64,000 nt of DNA. It comes from Octopus vulgaris. Lineage: Eukaryota. The stretch spans positions 55,862,001 to 55,926,000 of the forward strand of contig OX597824.1 in NCBI GenBank assembly GCA_951406725.2. Reading direction: 5' to 3'. Within the stretch, counting starts at the first letter, position 1, and each line of letters opens with the position of its first letter. This document shows, piece by piece, positions 22,448 through 43,594 of the stretch. Made by a program: the position numbers and the translations under genes. A model generated the notes under the pieces. That model saw nothing but the letters and a program-made list of their open reading frames with translations. It ran no database searches and was not told the DNA's origin.

Positions 22448-24907
22448 TTATCAATTTAATTTTTGGAGTATAAAATATTCTTTCCTAAATTTGCAAAAGA
22501 AAGTTTTAATCTAGTTGGCTTAAAATTATATTTTCCTTCATACTAGGTATTAGATAAAAATGTAAATAGTGTCACAATATTCAATATCTGAGGATCTCTC
22601 CTGGTACCCAAAAATATGTAACATTGTGAAAACTATAGCTCAATGATGAAATTTCCTCTTCATAAAATTATTTCACTTCCAGACAATGCTGACCCATAAG
22701 ATAATTCAAGATCCACATCTGGGATGTTGTTGCTGTTGCACTTGTAACTCCAACATGTAAACCTTTTGGATGTTGCTGCTGTTGCTTTTGCTGTATTTAA
22801 ACATCTGCAATGCTACTGCTGTTGCTACTTATAAACATCTGGTGTGGTTGCTGTTGCTGCCACACATAAGCATCTAGGATGGTGGTGGTGGTGCTGCTGC
22901 TGTTACTGCTATACATAAAAATCTTAGGCTACATCCAAAAGAAAGCCACCCAATTGATTGTCAAAGATACACTGATGAACATATTACAATATCTGGTCCA
23001 GACATAATGTGCCCTCTTTCTATCTATTCTACCACTACTACAATGGTTTCAGATTTTCTGCTGCACGCCACATCCATCAAAACTCACCTCATACATCCTT
23101 TCACTACACTGAAGATGTCTTTCTCCAGAACACCTAATCCTTTTGCCCTTAACATCAGTTCTCTGGAATACCCTTTCCACCCACATTTTCCTGCCAAACA
23201 TTCAAATAGAAACCACATCAACCAATCTTGGAGGGGCTGCAAAGATCACCATGACAGTCTATCCTTCAAAGTAATCCATAAAACATGTTATATCTAACAA
23301 TTCACATTTCTTACACTTTTAATGACTGAAGGTTGAGATGGATAAATAATGTTGGTTTGAGTAAGGCTATGTGTACAGATAAAGGAAGAATGAGGAAACC
23401 AGAATTAAGTGCAACAATTTATTCAACCCAATAAAAAGTGTTAAAATTGCAAAGCTGTAGAGATACATCTTGAAGAAATGGTCAGAATATATACACAATG
23501 GTTTAACAAGTAGATGATAGATAATGATGATGTAGGCTGGATAGAACAGGAAAAACACATATGAGACATACATTCTGTTGGAGGACAGGAACAAACGTAT
23601 GCATGAAAGGTTAACTGAGGCTGCCTGTAGAATAACTGCTTTCTACTGAAGATCTGAACTCTGCTATGTCAACCCACCTCACTGAAGAAAATAACAGGAA
23701 GACTCCCCTTATATAGCTGAGAGCAGTGTGCTTGGCTGGGCTGTCATGGGATGGGGCAGACAGCCTGCATAAAGTTAGATGGACATGGCCATCACATGAT
23801 GAGCAAAATGTGGGTACTTAAAGGTAAAGAGCCAAACTATGAACATGCTTGCTACAACTACCCCCTGAAAAGAAGAATGACCATGAGGAAAAGATATGAA
23901 AAAGAAAAAAAAAACTGTAGCATGAAGGAAAAATGTACAACAAATCATAAGAACAAAAATGTACAAAAGGGAAATACAATAAAAAAAGGAGAAAAAAGCA
24001 TGAGCAAAACAGTGTAAATAAGCATGTACAATACATCAATTGTTATGAAAAAATAGCCAGAAGTTTGTAAAAACAGATGCAAACCATTGCAAAAAATGTT
24101 CTGACAGTTCAAGGTGCAAGTCTTTAGAAGGGTCTGAAGAAGCGAGTCCAGTGATGTGAAAATGAGAAAAGTTTATGATCTGTAGATAGTCCATGAAATG
24201 CTGTAAGTAATGAGCTGGTACAAAGGAATGATTATGAGTAAGCTGGACTTGCAGTGGTGGAAATGGTGGTAAACAATAAACTCTGATAAAGAAGGATATT
24301 GAAATCCGTTGATTGCCGTAGCTGCTGTGAAAAAGGATGTTGAATGGCAACACAAATGTAACGTGAAGCTCCCATGGGTTAATTAGTTGAAATAAAAAGC
24401 ATTGTAAGCAGAAGAAAAAAAAATATGATGAAATCGATGGTGAAGAGAATGCTGAGATCCAAGATGACCATGGATAAGCATTTGTCAAGTTTGAAATGGC
24501 GTGAATGGATGCAGTGCTGGGTGAAGATGACAAACGAAGACCCCCAAAAGTGGCAGTAGTGATAGCTGTCATGACAAGGTGTCAGATTAAACATGGATGC
24601 AAAGTTTAAGTGCCATAGAGAAAACATTGCCTCAAGAAAAATGTTATGGTGAGAGAAAACAGCGCAAACTCTTTGGGTCAAATCCAATGCCAAGAATTGG
24701 TTATTATTTTAAGCTGTATTGGGCACTATCTCATCAGGGTTTTTTGTTTTTATAAAATGAAGGTTACATCTTTCTTGAAGGGATTCAATTAAATGTCCAA
24801 TCTCTTTACCCAGGTGCAATATGTTTTCATACAGTTTCTATTTATTCAGTCTCCTTCACAAGATATGGACTGACCAAAAGCTGTAGTAAAAGATATTTAC
24901 CCTGGAT

Positions 24908-25667
24908 CATCATCGTTTAACGTCTGCTTTCCATGCTAGCATGGGTTGGACGGTTCAACTGGGGTCTGGGAAGCCAGAAGGCTGCACCAGGCCCAGTCTG
25001 ATAAAAGCAGTGTTTCTACAGCTGGATGCCCTTCCTAACGCCAACCACTCCGTGAGTGTAGTGAGTGCTTTTTACGTGCCACCGGCACAGAGACCAGATG
25101 AAGCTGGCAACGGTCACGATTGGATGGTGCTATTTACGTGCCACCGGCACGGAGACCAGACGAAGCTGGCAATGGCCACAATCGGATGGTGCTATTTACG
25201 TGCCACTGGCACGGAGACCAGACGAAGCTGGCAACGGCCACAATCGGATGGTGCTTTTTACGTGCCACTGGCACGGAGGCCAGCACTGGCTACGGCCACG
25301 TTCGGATGGTTCTCTTACGTGCCACTGGCACTGGTATCACAGCTACAAATTCTATTGATGTTGATCAATTACGATTTTGATTTTCACTTGCCTCAACAGG
25401 TCTTCACAAGCAGAGTTTTGTGTCCCAAGAAGGAATGGAATGCATAAGTGGGCTGGCTACATCCCACGTAGAGGCCATGGGATTATGGCCCCACTTGTCC
25501 TGCCAGGTCTTCTCACGCACAGCATACTTCCAAAGGTCTCGGTCTCTAGTCATTTCCTCGGTGAAACCTAAAGTTCGAAGGTCGTGCTTCACCACCTCGT
25601 CCCAGGTTTTCCTGGGTCTACCTCTTCCACAGGTTCCCTCAACCGCTAGGGTGTGGCACTTTTTCAG
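24908..25667 (-). mobile_element. RTE LINE 3' end with internal ~60-bp tandem repeats
   Basis: KKCHTLAVEGTCGRGRPRKTWDEVVKHDLRTLG C-terminus, 3' UTR homologous to 12680-13080, repeated TTTACGTGCCAC units and a (GAT)n tail. Confidence 0.85.
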
Positions 25668-27959
25668 GATGCTATGTATAAATGTGATGTGATGCATGTG
25701 TGTGTTTTATATATGTGCATGTATGTGTATGCCTGTGAGTTTTATATATCATAATTATTTAAGTCTGTTTTCCATGCTTGCATGGGTATGACAAATCTCT
25801 AGCAGAGGGTCTTACTATCTGTTGTGGTCCCTTCTTATCTCCTCTGTGAGACCCACTGTCCTAAATTCAACTTTCATAACTTCTCACATCTTTCTGGGTC
25901 TTTTTTCACAAGTTCTTTCCATATGGATCTTGTCCCCTATTTACCCAATTACCATCATTCATACACATCACACATCTGTACCAGCAGTCTTCTTCCTTGC
26001 ATACAACATCTAATTTCTTTTATATCCAGTTATCTCTTAGTTCATTTGTGATCAGTCATTCAAACCTACATAACACACTCAATGAAGCATGCAGTTCTCA
26101 TTTATTTCCTTCTTCTAACATCATCCCCGTGTTTCAGTCACCACTATGCAACATTACACTTCATGCATATGCATCATACTATCTGTTGTTTACTTAGAGA
26201 GAGAATTTTGTGTTTACAGTGGAGATAAATTTCCCCGATACCTTTTCTACTGCCAAGCTTTCTGCTACTGCCACTTAAGTCACCTTTGTAATTTAAACTA
26301 TCAACTACTTTTAGGGCACCCTCTAAGGTTTAAAAAGATTTTATTTCGGGTGTTGTTATTGCTGACTACTTTTGTCTATCTACTACATTTTAAGTTTTCC
26401 ACTATCAGCCTACTTCTGTTTCCATTCCGTCTCTTGTACCTGCATACTTCACATTGGGTCCATTATATGGAATTCCTAGCTATTTATTTTCCACATAGTG
26501 CCCAGAAAGCAGTAGAGTCCTGGATCCTTTCCTATCAATTAATACTTTTGTAGTGTGCAAAACTGAACTGATTGAAACATGTGATGAGTTGGATAAAAGG
26601 GTGCCAAGTGACCCTAGCTGAAAGAACCTACGAAGGAAGAGGACCAAACAAGAATGATCATTATTGGAACATTTGGATCAGGCTGACATAAAACTAAACC
26701 TCACCAATTTAGATCATGCTTCTTTTGGTTAAATGAACACATGATCAGGAAATACAGAGGAGATCAAACAGCGGATTCAATCAAACTGAGGACCTAACTT
26801 GTATTTTCTATCAACTCTGGAAGGATAACAGCAAAGTCAACCATGGTGGGATTTGAACTCAGAACTTAAAGGGAGGGAACTACGTACAGTAAAGTATTTT
26901 GATTATGTACACTCACAAATATTTGTCATTCAAAATAAAAATATATCGATGTCAGTACCAAATTGATACAGTTGAAACAGGCTATACTACTACTACTATT
27001 TTAGCACAGAGAATGATCAATTGAGCTTTTGCATGGTTGTACAACTTGCTTAAGTAGCAAGCAAATCTCCTTTCTGTCACACTCTACAGTTTTAAAAATG
27101 GACAAATTTTGCCCATTTTAAAAATGGACATATACAAAAATGACTGGGTGATCCCAGTTAGATCTCCTTTTATTGTACGTGAACTGGAACAGGACTGACC
27201 TGAGAGGGGCACACATTAACCTTTATGAATAGAAATAGCATAAAGGAAATTTATATAAAACCTTAGAGTTGTGCGTCAGTGTGTATATGTGTATAGGTAA
27301 GGAAGGAGTGGACAGAATTGACATCAATTTATTTACTAAATTCTTGATAAAAAAAAAATTAACGAAGAAAATATAATTTATTTGTTACATAGACAGCGCA
27401 ATATGCGTATATGTTCTTGCTGCTCTTCCATTGTAGTTTCATCCTATAACTCTATAAATCTGGTCATCAAGGTGAATAAGGCTTGCACAATAGTTTAACC
27501 CAGACACCACCAATACTTCAGCTTCGATTAGAAAGATGGAATGGTTAAAACGTCCGTAGTTAGTAACTGGATATCAGTCAGGTGTGACAGAAAGACGGTC
27601 ACCTAAATATAGTAGTAGTAACAAGAAATAATATATACTAATCATCTATCATAGCCTTCCAAACGATCGATAAACTCGCACTTTTTAGTAATTATCTGCC
27701 ATCTTCATCTAAACGTACATAAAAAAAAAACAACTTTATTTATAACTTAGAAAAAATATTTTTGATGAAATTGAAAAAGAAAAGTAAAAATTATAAAAGG
27801 GCAACTGAAATAAAAGAGTAAAAATGACAAAGACGAATTAAAATTTTAAGTATATGAATCGCAATTGACTTTTACACATTCATCCAATTTCCACAGATTT
27901 TATATAAAATATTATATTTTAGAGTAAATAAAAAAATAAAAGAAGAAAGTGTTACGTAA

Positions 27960-28787
27960 TAGTAAAAACATAACCAATGAAAGTGGTGGTAGTGGGGAAA
28001 TTAATAAATTATGTAGTCGAGTCTGTTGGAGTGTACATTATGCAGCAGCCCGGATTCCATAGTATATCCAGGTCTACGTTTAGCGCCAAACCTCTTCGCA
28101 ACCAATTGAATCACTGAGAGGTCAACACTCAGCTGCTGCTGTTGTTGTTAAGTCGAGTGCCTCCTACTACATCAGTTCTTCCCTACTCATACCAACACCA
28201 TTACTCTGTAGTTGTACTTACAGTATCCCTACTAACTCCTCCTGTTCCTCTCACTGCGGTAGTCGTCACCGACCACCAGTTTCTGTGTTAATTGCCAGTC
28301 AGTCAGTTGCTGTTATCTTTAGTAGTCGTCTTGTTGTTAACTCGATTATAGACAACTGTTCTCTACATACTCTGCAAACCCCGCTGGGTCAACCACCAAC
28401 GGACAAACCGTTCATTTTCGCGTGTTGTGAAATTAAAAAAAAAACAACCTAATCTAAACCAGGATATTTGGATATATACAGTGTAGATTTTAAATTAAAT
28501 ACTTGCACGCATACATACGCCCATACAATATAAATTCACAAATATATATTTTTAAAAATCCCACCCAATATACATATATGTATATGATACTTACATATAT
28601 ATATATATCCCAAAATTGAGAGATTCAAGACTAATCTGTCTTCTCTCATTCATTCTATCTTGAAAAAAAAAATTGTTACTGAGAAGGATTGCTGAAAGTG
28701 CTACTAATTTGGCCTTCAGACAAAAAACGATCTGATTTACGATCTAATTTCATTAGTGCAGCACATACAAATATAAAGAAACGAGCC
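27960..28787 (+). promoter_or_regulatory. Probable promoter and 5' UTR of the host gene
   Basis: Repeat-poor, relatively CpG-retaining stretch with CCAAT motifs (~27973, ~28102) directly upstream of a Kozak ATG. The TSS is not determined. Confidence 0.35.
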
Positions 28788-30276
28788 ATGGCTGACGAAG
28801 GCATTAATAACATGACCCAGCCGGATTCAGTTGGCAACCTCCTCGGAGATAGCCATTTAGGCAATTTGGATAATTACAGTTCTAGTGCTTTCCAGTCGGA
28901 ACCTCTGCAGCCTCAACCGTCAGCACCTCATCAGATGATGTCTTCTGGATCGATTTCTTCGTCTAATCCTCTGGATGATGACTTCGGTTTTGATTCGCAC
29001 ATCACCTCAAGCAACACGGTTAACCCAAGTTCGAATACCACCAGCAGCGGCAGCAACAATTCGGCTCAGTCATCTTCATCCTATACCCCGGGTGAGCTAA
29101 TTTCTAATACTTATAACCCTGTTGATCATGACAGTAACTATAATGCTAGTCGTGTTCAAATCGCTACCCATGACACTGGAGAAAATTTTAATCTTGACAA
29201 TAGTAATTATGGAATGTCTGATTCTTCACCACCACCACCTTTATCGCAACACCAGCAGCACCATCTAAATGAACCATCGTCTAAAGACGATGAGGTTGAC
29301 AGTGGAGATTCTGACAGCGACGATTATGAGAAATATGACCATGATAGTCTTGTTAGAGGTCAGACTGTGCTTACATCGAAACACAGTGAGGACCAACAAC
29401 ACAGTCAAGACGAGTACGATGATGAAGATGACGATGGAGAAAGTTCCCTCATCGAATATAATGATATTGAAGATGATGAAGTAGATGTGGTTAAAGATAA
29501 CGATTTTGTTTACTCGACTTCTGCTGTGGCTGATTCAGCCAACGCGGTTGATAAATTTCCAGATAATGTCCAAGCACCACAACTTTCCCCTTTAGATTCT
29601 TCATTGTCACCTCAAACATCACCAACCCTCCAGGCACCCTTCCATTCCGAAATTCCCCCCTTTGGTTCTTCTGAAGCAAATGATGTTGCGACAATTTCTC
29701 AGTCCGACGAAGGCAAAGTGGTGGATTCGCCCTCATTTATGCCCTCAGATCCTTTCATTACTAGCACCAGCGATGCAGGTACACCATCACCTGTTCCTGT
29801 CACTAGTTTTGGCTATGATGACCCACTGAAATTGTCTGGTGTTGCTTCTTCTGTTGAGACTGCAGCTCCTAGTGGTCAGTTTGTGAACGATCTAGCACCC
29901 GAAGTAATAGGTGGCAATGATGGTGTAGAAGTTGCTGGTAGTGAAAATGATGATGACAGCTTTGACGAACAGCGATGTGAAATTCCTGCGTATTCATCGC
30001 TGTCAATGTCGACACCTGTCGTAGCATCTGCTGACCCCTCTTTTAGTCAACCCAAATCACCATCCCCTCCGATTTCCGACCCTCAGTTATCCGTGCTCGA
30101 CTCCGATCCGTATTGCACCACTATTAAACACCAACAACCATCTACTTTCTATAACACTCAAAGCATCAACGAGAACCGCTTTTCCTCAGAACCCGATTCC
30201 TCGTCAGAACCCACAGTACAAACAGGTCCTAACTTTACAGAACCTAAAGAAGCACAACCACAGTCGACGTTAGAAG
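28788..30276 (+). CDS. First coding exon of a host gene: ~496-aa acidic, Ser/Pro-rich intrinsically disordered N-terminal region (possibly a long reticulon isoform; identity not demonstrable here)
   Basis: Long uninterrupted non-repeat ORF with higher GC, a strong Kozak context GCCATGG at 28788, and a splice donor GAAG|GTAGGA at 30276/30277 (phase 1) just before the frame closes. Confidence 0.8.
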
Positions 30277-30367
30277 GTAGGACATGGCTGACTCATTAGA
30301 CTGTACACCTCTACCATTAATCCAGCTAACAATCTATCCACTACTTCGATTAACTAATAATTTAATG

Positions 30368-37670
<7,303 letters not shown>

Positions 37671-39464
37671 AAGTATGTTTGTCCTAATAAATGTGTTGTG
37701 ACATCTATGGTCAATCTATATGTGTTTATGTCATGTTTTATTTACCAATATCATGTTAATTTGTCATATGTTAAGTCTGTGGTTATTCCATACTTGTTGT
37801 TTTGTATTTCTTAACATATTTCTTGATCTAATTATTGACACATAACCAGAACGTTCTTTCTCTTTCTCTCATATATTTCTGAAACATTAAGTAGTATCCA
37901 GCCAATCTCCTCCTAACCCGCTTCTTTCTCCATTTCCAATATTACAAGCCAATATTATTATCACTACAAAGCATTTTCAATCCAAACATACTTTCGCTAA
38001 TTTCTTTTATCCGTCATTCCTCTTTCAGTGGAAGTTACGAGTAGCTTCACTAAGAGTCTTCAACAATTTCTTCGCTGCTTCCTTATTCTTTTCTACTTCA
38101 GCATTTTCTCTGCCTTCAACCACTTTAAAATCCTTTTCTTTACCACAGATGTCATACATTATTCTTTGTGAACATGTCAAAGAAGTAGTTATATACATCA
38201 CGCACATACATTACATATGCACTTGCAAATGTGTATATACACGCGCGCGTTGTGTAGTGTAATATATACATATCTAGGTTAGGGTGCAGCAGATAAATGT
38301 ATGAATGTATTTTATATGAATATATACGCATATTTCAATTACATTTTCTATTCAAATTGTAATATACAAACACAAATGCATATGTACAGACAGGTATTGG
38401 TGTGTGTGTGTGTGTGCATTCAGTAGTACTCTACGTGGTGTGGTCAGCTAATATATTTGATACAGATTATTATTGCAGGTATTCAATGGACTAAAAAATT
38501 CGATAGTTATCAATATTTCTGGTATTCTATCATTGTACTTTTTACACATTAACATTCAATATTAAGTTGTCACATCAGCCTCTCATCCATATTCCGTTTC
38601 ACGTCTTTTATTGCTAAAGAATTCACAAATTTTCCCTTCCCGGAAAATAAAGTCTGCCCTGCTCTCTTCTTCTGTGGTTTAATACTCTTATTCACTATCT
38701 CCGGACCTTGTCCTCTTTTAATTTTTCGTCACTCATTCATTCATTGACTCTCTCTATTCATCTCTTATACTTTCTTCTCTGAAATAAAACGTAAAACATA
38801 TTTATGGCATCTTTCTCAACAACTGAAGCCAGCTAGGAAGTCGTGTGACCTGCTAACAACAGCAGGTTCCTTCCTGATCTCCCCTAAAATCACTTAAAAC
38901 AAACAAATAAAATGTAACATAGCATTTTGTTGTTAAAAAAATAGCTCAGGTTTGACCCTACGTCATTCTGATAATCTTTTCATTATCATCATCATCATTA
39001 TAACGTTGGATACCTTTTAAATTTTCTGTCGAAAACAGCTTCGATTCTTCTACATAAATTAACCCTTTAACTTAAAAATAAAACACATTTAAAACCATCC
39101 TTCATATTCTCTTAACACAGCCATCACAAAATATCAATGAAATGGTTTTGTAAAAACTTGTCACGTTTTAAATCTGATTAGTCAGATTATCTAATAATTA
39201 TAATCAATGGATTATAAAAAAGATTAGTCTACTACTTGAGTCCAATCCACCACTTGTCGGAGTGTAGACTAAAATTCAATTTGAAAGATGTAAATAAAAT
39301 AACACTGGAGAATAAATGTTCTTGAGATGATATAACGTTATTTAAGGGCTTGTTCCATTTACTTACCAAAAGAGCAAAAACACACCTTAAACTATTATCA
39401 TTTTCATTATCATACTATTGTTATGTATGTCTATATATATGAATCCATATGAATATAAGTGTGA

Positions 39465-39501
<37 letters not shown>

Positions 39502-39718
39502 CGGAGATGTACTCGCATAGCAAGTGATTTGATCTGAGATCGTGTGCTGAAACGAAAACAATTGCAGCGTGACGAAAATACTTTGACAAATTAAACTTAA
39601 ATGTTGAAGTGAATCGAACGGCTTTTGTGTGTTTCTTAAATGGCTTACAAACACCTTCCACGCTGCAATTGTTATATATATATATGTATATATGAATGTA
39701 TGCATGTATATATATGTA

Positions 39719-39792
<74 letters not shown>

Positions 39793-39816
39793 TATGCATA
39801 TATGTATATATATATG

Positions 39817-39929
<113 letters not shown>

Positions 39930-39981
39930 GTATATGTATATATGTATGTATATATGTATATGTATATATATATATGTATAT

Positions 39982-40013
<32 letters not shown>

Positions 40014-40042
40014 GTATTTATATATATGTATATATATATATG

Positions 40043-40073
<31 letters not shown>

Positions 40074-40142
40074 GTATATATATGTATATGTATATATATG
40101 TATATATATATATGTATATATATATATATGTATATGTATATA

Positions 40143-41572
40143 TAATGTAATAAATAAAAATATATGCATACATACAAACATATGTACGTACCTACATCTA
40201 CATGTATATATACATGCATATATAAAAAAAATATACGTAAGTACAGGACACCACAACAAGACGTAGAAACGGGAAAGCAAAAAATTTACAAGAAAACAAG
40301 TACAGGACACGCTACACAAGGAAAAATCCACCTTCATCAGCTGTCGCTAGTTAACTCAGGCGTGTTTCGAAGGCAAGACAGGACACATCGTCAACTAGGC
40401 CTTCCTGCGAGAGAATTAAAATAAAATTCCAAGCAGCGGGGTAAAACGGGTAAGAACACAAACAGGATGTAACAATAAAACTGCACAATAAAATACAAGA
40501 TAAAAATACATGTACAAAAAAATACAAGACGAGAAATAAAAAGAGAATACAATACGGGAAATCAAACAAACAAGAGAACAAATGAGAAAAAACAAACAAA
40601 CGAAAAGGCCTTTTTTTGGCTAGACGAAAGATGTTGTGGCAGCTTGTGGAAAGCATGACTTTTCAGTAGCAGAGGCAGCGTGCAAAAGAAAGAAATTTTT
40701 AGGCTGGCAGTGAGAAAGAAGGAAGGAGGGGGGACACGCGGCTAAGAGAGAGAAAAGAGGAAAAGTGAGAGGGAGAGAGAATGGAGAGGGTAAAGCAAAG
40801 GGAGAGAATTTCGCGTCTTAAATATACATAAAAATTAAATGGAGACAAGAAGTGGAATGAACCGACGAATCGAAACGAACCCGACGCGAGGCGCTGTCAG
40901 ACAATAATGTAATAAATAAAAATATATGCATACATACAAACATATATGTACGTACCTACATCTACATGTATATATACATGCATATATAAGTAAATATACG
41001 TGAGTACAGGACACCACAACAAGACATAGAAACGGAAAAAACAAAAATTTACAACAAGAAAACAAGTACAGGACAAGATATATATATATATGTATATATA
41101 TGTGTATATATATATGTATATATACATATATATACATTTCGAGAAACGAAAAAAAAAACAGCATGGAACGGACCATTTTTTTAACAACGAAAAACAGATT
41201 ACAAGACAACTACACAAGGAAAAATCCCCTTCTTCAGCTGTCCCTAGTTCAACTCCAGCGTGTTTCGAAGGTGAGGACAGAACACGTCTCGTCGAACTAG
41301 TCCTTCCTGCGAAAGAATTAAATAAATTCCTTTGCAGAGGGGTAAAAACAAGGAAAAAAATGTGACAAAAACAGAACGTAAAAACAATAGAATTAAAAAC
41401 AAATACAAAATAAAAATACAATTACAAAAAATATAGTACAAGAAGGAATAGAAACAGGACAGGAAAACAAATAATGAGGGCCTATAAGCCTAGACGAGGA
41501 AAAATTTTTTTTCACGAGCGCAGGAAGAAACATGTTTACTTGAAGAAGGCCGCCAGTGAAAGGAAGTTCTAT
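40143..41572 (-). mobile_element. Tandem 3' ends of Penelope-like (Neptune-type) elements
   Basis: Two related units (40143-40450 and 40903-41350). Each is preceded on the minus strand by a frameshifted C-x-x-C-x-x-E-K remnant (RC-LC-TEK ~40655-40683; TCF-CAREK ~41505-41537), as seen at the end of Penelope-like GIY-YIG ORFs. Hammerhead core strands are present. Confidence 0.55.
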
Positions 41573-41653
41573 CTATATATATATACACATACATATATAT
41601 CCATATATATATATATGCACATATATATACATACATATATATACATATACATA

Positions 41654-41734
<81 letters not shown>

Positions 41735-41817
41735 CATATATATATATATACATATATATATACATATATATAAACATATATATATATATATATATACATA
41801 CATATATATACATATAC

Positions 41818-41861
<44 letters not shown>

Positions 41862-41924
41862 TATATACATATATATAAACATATTTATATATATATATAC
41901 ATATATATACACATATATATAAAC

Positions 41925-41975
<51 letters not shown>

Positions 41976-41978
41976 GTA

Positions 41979-42140
41979 TAGGCACAGGAGTGGCTGTGTG
42001 GTAAGTGGCTTGCTTACCAACCACACGGCTCTGGTTCAGCTCCCACTGCGTGGCACCTTGGGCAAGTGTATTTTACTATAGCTTCGGGCCAACCAAAGCC
42101 TTCTGAGTGGATTTGGTAGACGGAAACTGAAAGAAGCCCG

Positions 42141-42198
<58 letters not shown>

Positions 42199-42410
42199 GT
42201 GTATGTGTGTATATATGTTTGTGGGTCTGTGTTTGTCCCCCCAACATCGCCTTACAACCGATGCTGGTGTGTTTACTTAGCGGTTCGTCAAGAGTCTGAT
42301 ACAATAAGTGCTAGGCTTAAAAAGAATAAGTCCTGGGGTTGATTTGCTCAACTAAAGATGGTGCATGACCGCAGTCAAATGACTGAAACAAGTAAAAGTG
42401 AGAGTAAAGA
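41979..42410 (+). mobile_element. tRNA-derived SINE with internal (TA)n
   Basis: AGGCACAGGAGTGGCTGTGTGGTAAG head and GCAGTCAAATGACTGAAACAAGTAAAAG tail. Many copies in the window. Confidence 0.8.
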
Positions 42411-42479
42411 GTATGTATATATATCTATACATATATATATATGTATATATACATATATATATATGTATATATATATACA

Positions 42480-42852
42480 CTAGCAGTATCGCCCGGCGTT
42501 GCTCAGGTTTGTAAGGGATATAACTATAAAGCATTTTTAGAGAGTTATAGCCAAAAAATAGCAAAAAATGATGGTAAATCTTTTTTGAGAGTAAAAAAAG
42601 GTGGAGTTGCGTCCCCTAGACAGTTTGCGGTTTGTGTTTCTGATTCTCGACCCCATGTCGAATTTATCGATTTTTTTCAGAACTGGGGGAACTTTTCAAA
42701 ATTTTCGCTGCGTTAGTTTTGAATTATGACATTGGGCTATGTGTGTGTTAAGTTTCATCAGAATCGGTTGAAAGCCATGGTCAGGGTGAGGGTACAAGCA
42801 AACAGACACACAGAAACACGCACAGACAAACTGCCGTTTATATAGAGAGAGA
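42480..42852 (-). mobile_element. Short non-autonomous Helitron
   Basis: Minus-strand 5' TCTCTCTCTATATAAACGGCAG(TTTGTCTG..) and 3' hairpin CCTGAGCAACGCCGGG followed by CTAG. Confidence 0.7.
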
Positions 42853-42888
42853 TACATATATATGTGTATATATACACACATATATATG

Positions 42889-42919
<31 letters not shown>

Positions 42920-43149
42920 GTATATATATGTATATATATATATGTACATATATGTATATATATATATATGTATGGATATGTATATGTATATATGTATGGA
43001 TATGTGTGTGTGTATGTGTATATATATATATATATATATGTATGAGTATGTATACACATATGTATATATATATATATATATGTATGAGTATGTATACACA
43101 TATGTATATGTATATATATATATATATATATGTATGAGTATGTATACAC

Positions 43150-43187
<38 letters not shown>

Positions 43188-43189
<2 letters not shown>

Positions 43190-43373
43190 CTATGAGAGAG
43201 AATCCACTATATGGATGCTCTTACGCTAGATATAGATCTGCAAAGGGACTCAACCACTAAGAATTGTTTGGTGTGCTGAATTATTTCTTGAGAACAATTC
43301 TTCGTGGTTGAGTCCCTTTGCGGATCTATATCTAGCGTAAGAGCGTCCTCATAGTGGATTCTCTCTCATAGTT
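43188..43373. repeat. 81-bp inverted repeat (hairpin) at the end of a TA-embedded element
   Basis: 43188-43268 is the near-perfect reverse complement of 43293-43373. Confidence 0.85.
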
Positions 43374-43483
43374 GTGTATTAATAATATTTACTGAATCTC
43401 GGTCTTTTATACGCTAGGCCACTGGTGTTTAAATTGATGTTATTAAATTAATATCCAATTTTTTTCACCCCTCTTTTTGACTT

Positions 43484-43535
<52 letters not shown>

Positions 43536-43594
43536 CATATATAAAGTTAAATTTTTTGTAAAGTATATTTTTAAGTATACTTCACAATATATGT

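Noticed and set aside
23360-24700. Possible LTR retrotransposon remnant
   Set aside because: The composition is suggestive, but no recognisable gag/pol motif, PBS or TSD could be read with confidence.
25060-25335. Regularly spaced repeats resembling a CRISPR array
   Set aside because: The spacers are also repeated. It is a tandem expansion within the RTE 3' UTR in eukaryotic DNA, with no cas genes.
28689-28787. N-terminal extension of the host ORF from the TTG at 28689, and the C-terminal read-through to 30299
   Set aside because: TTG is a non-AUG start in a eukaryote, and the ATG at 28788 has a strong Kozak context. The tail past 30276 follows a good splice donor.
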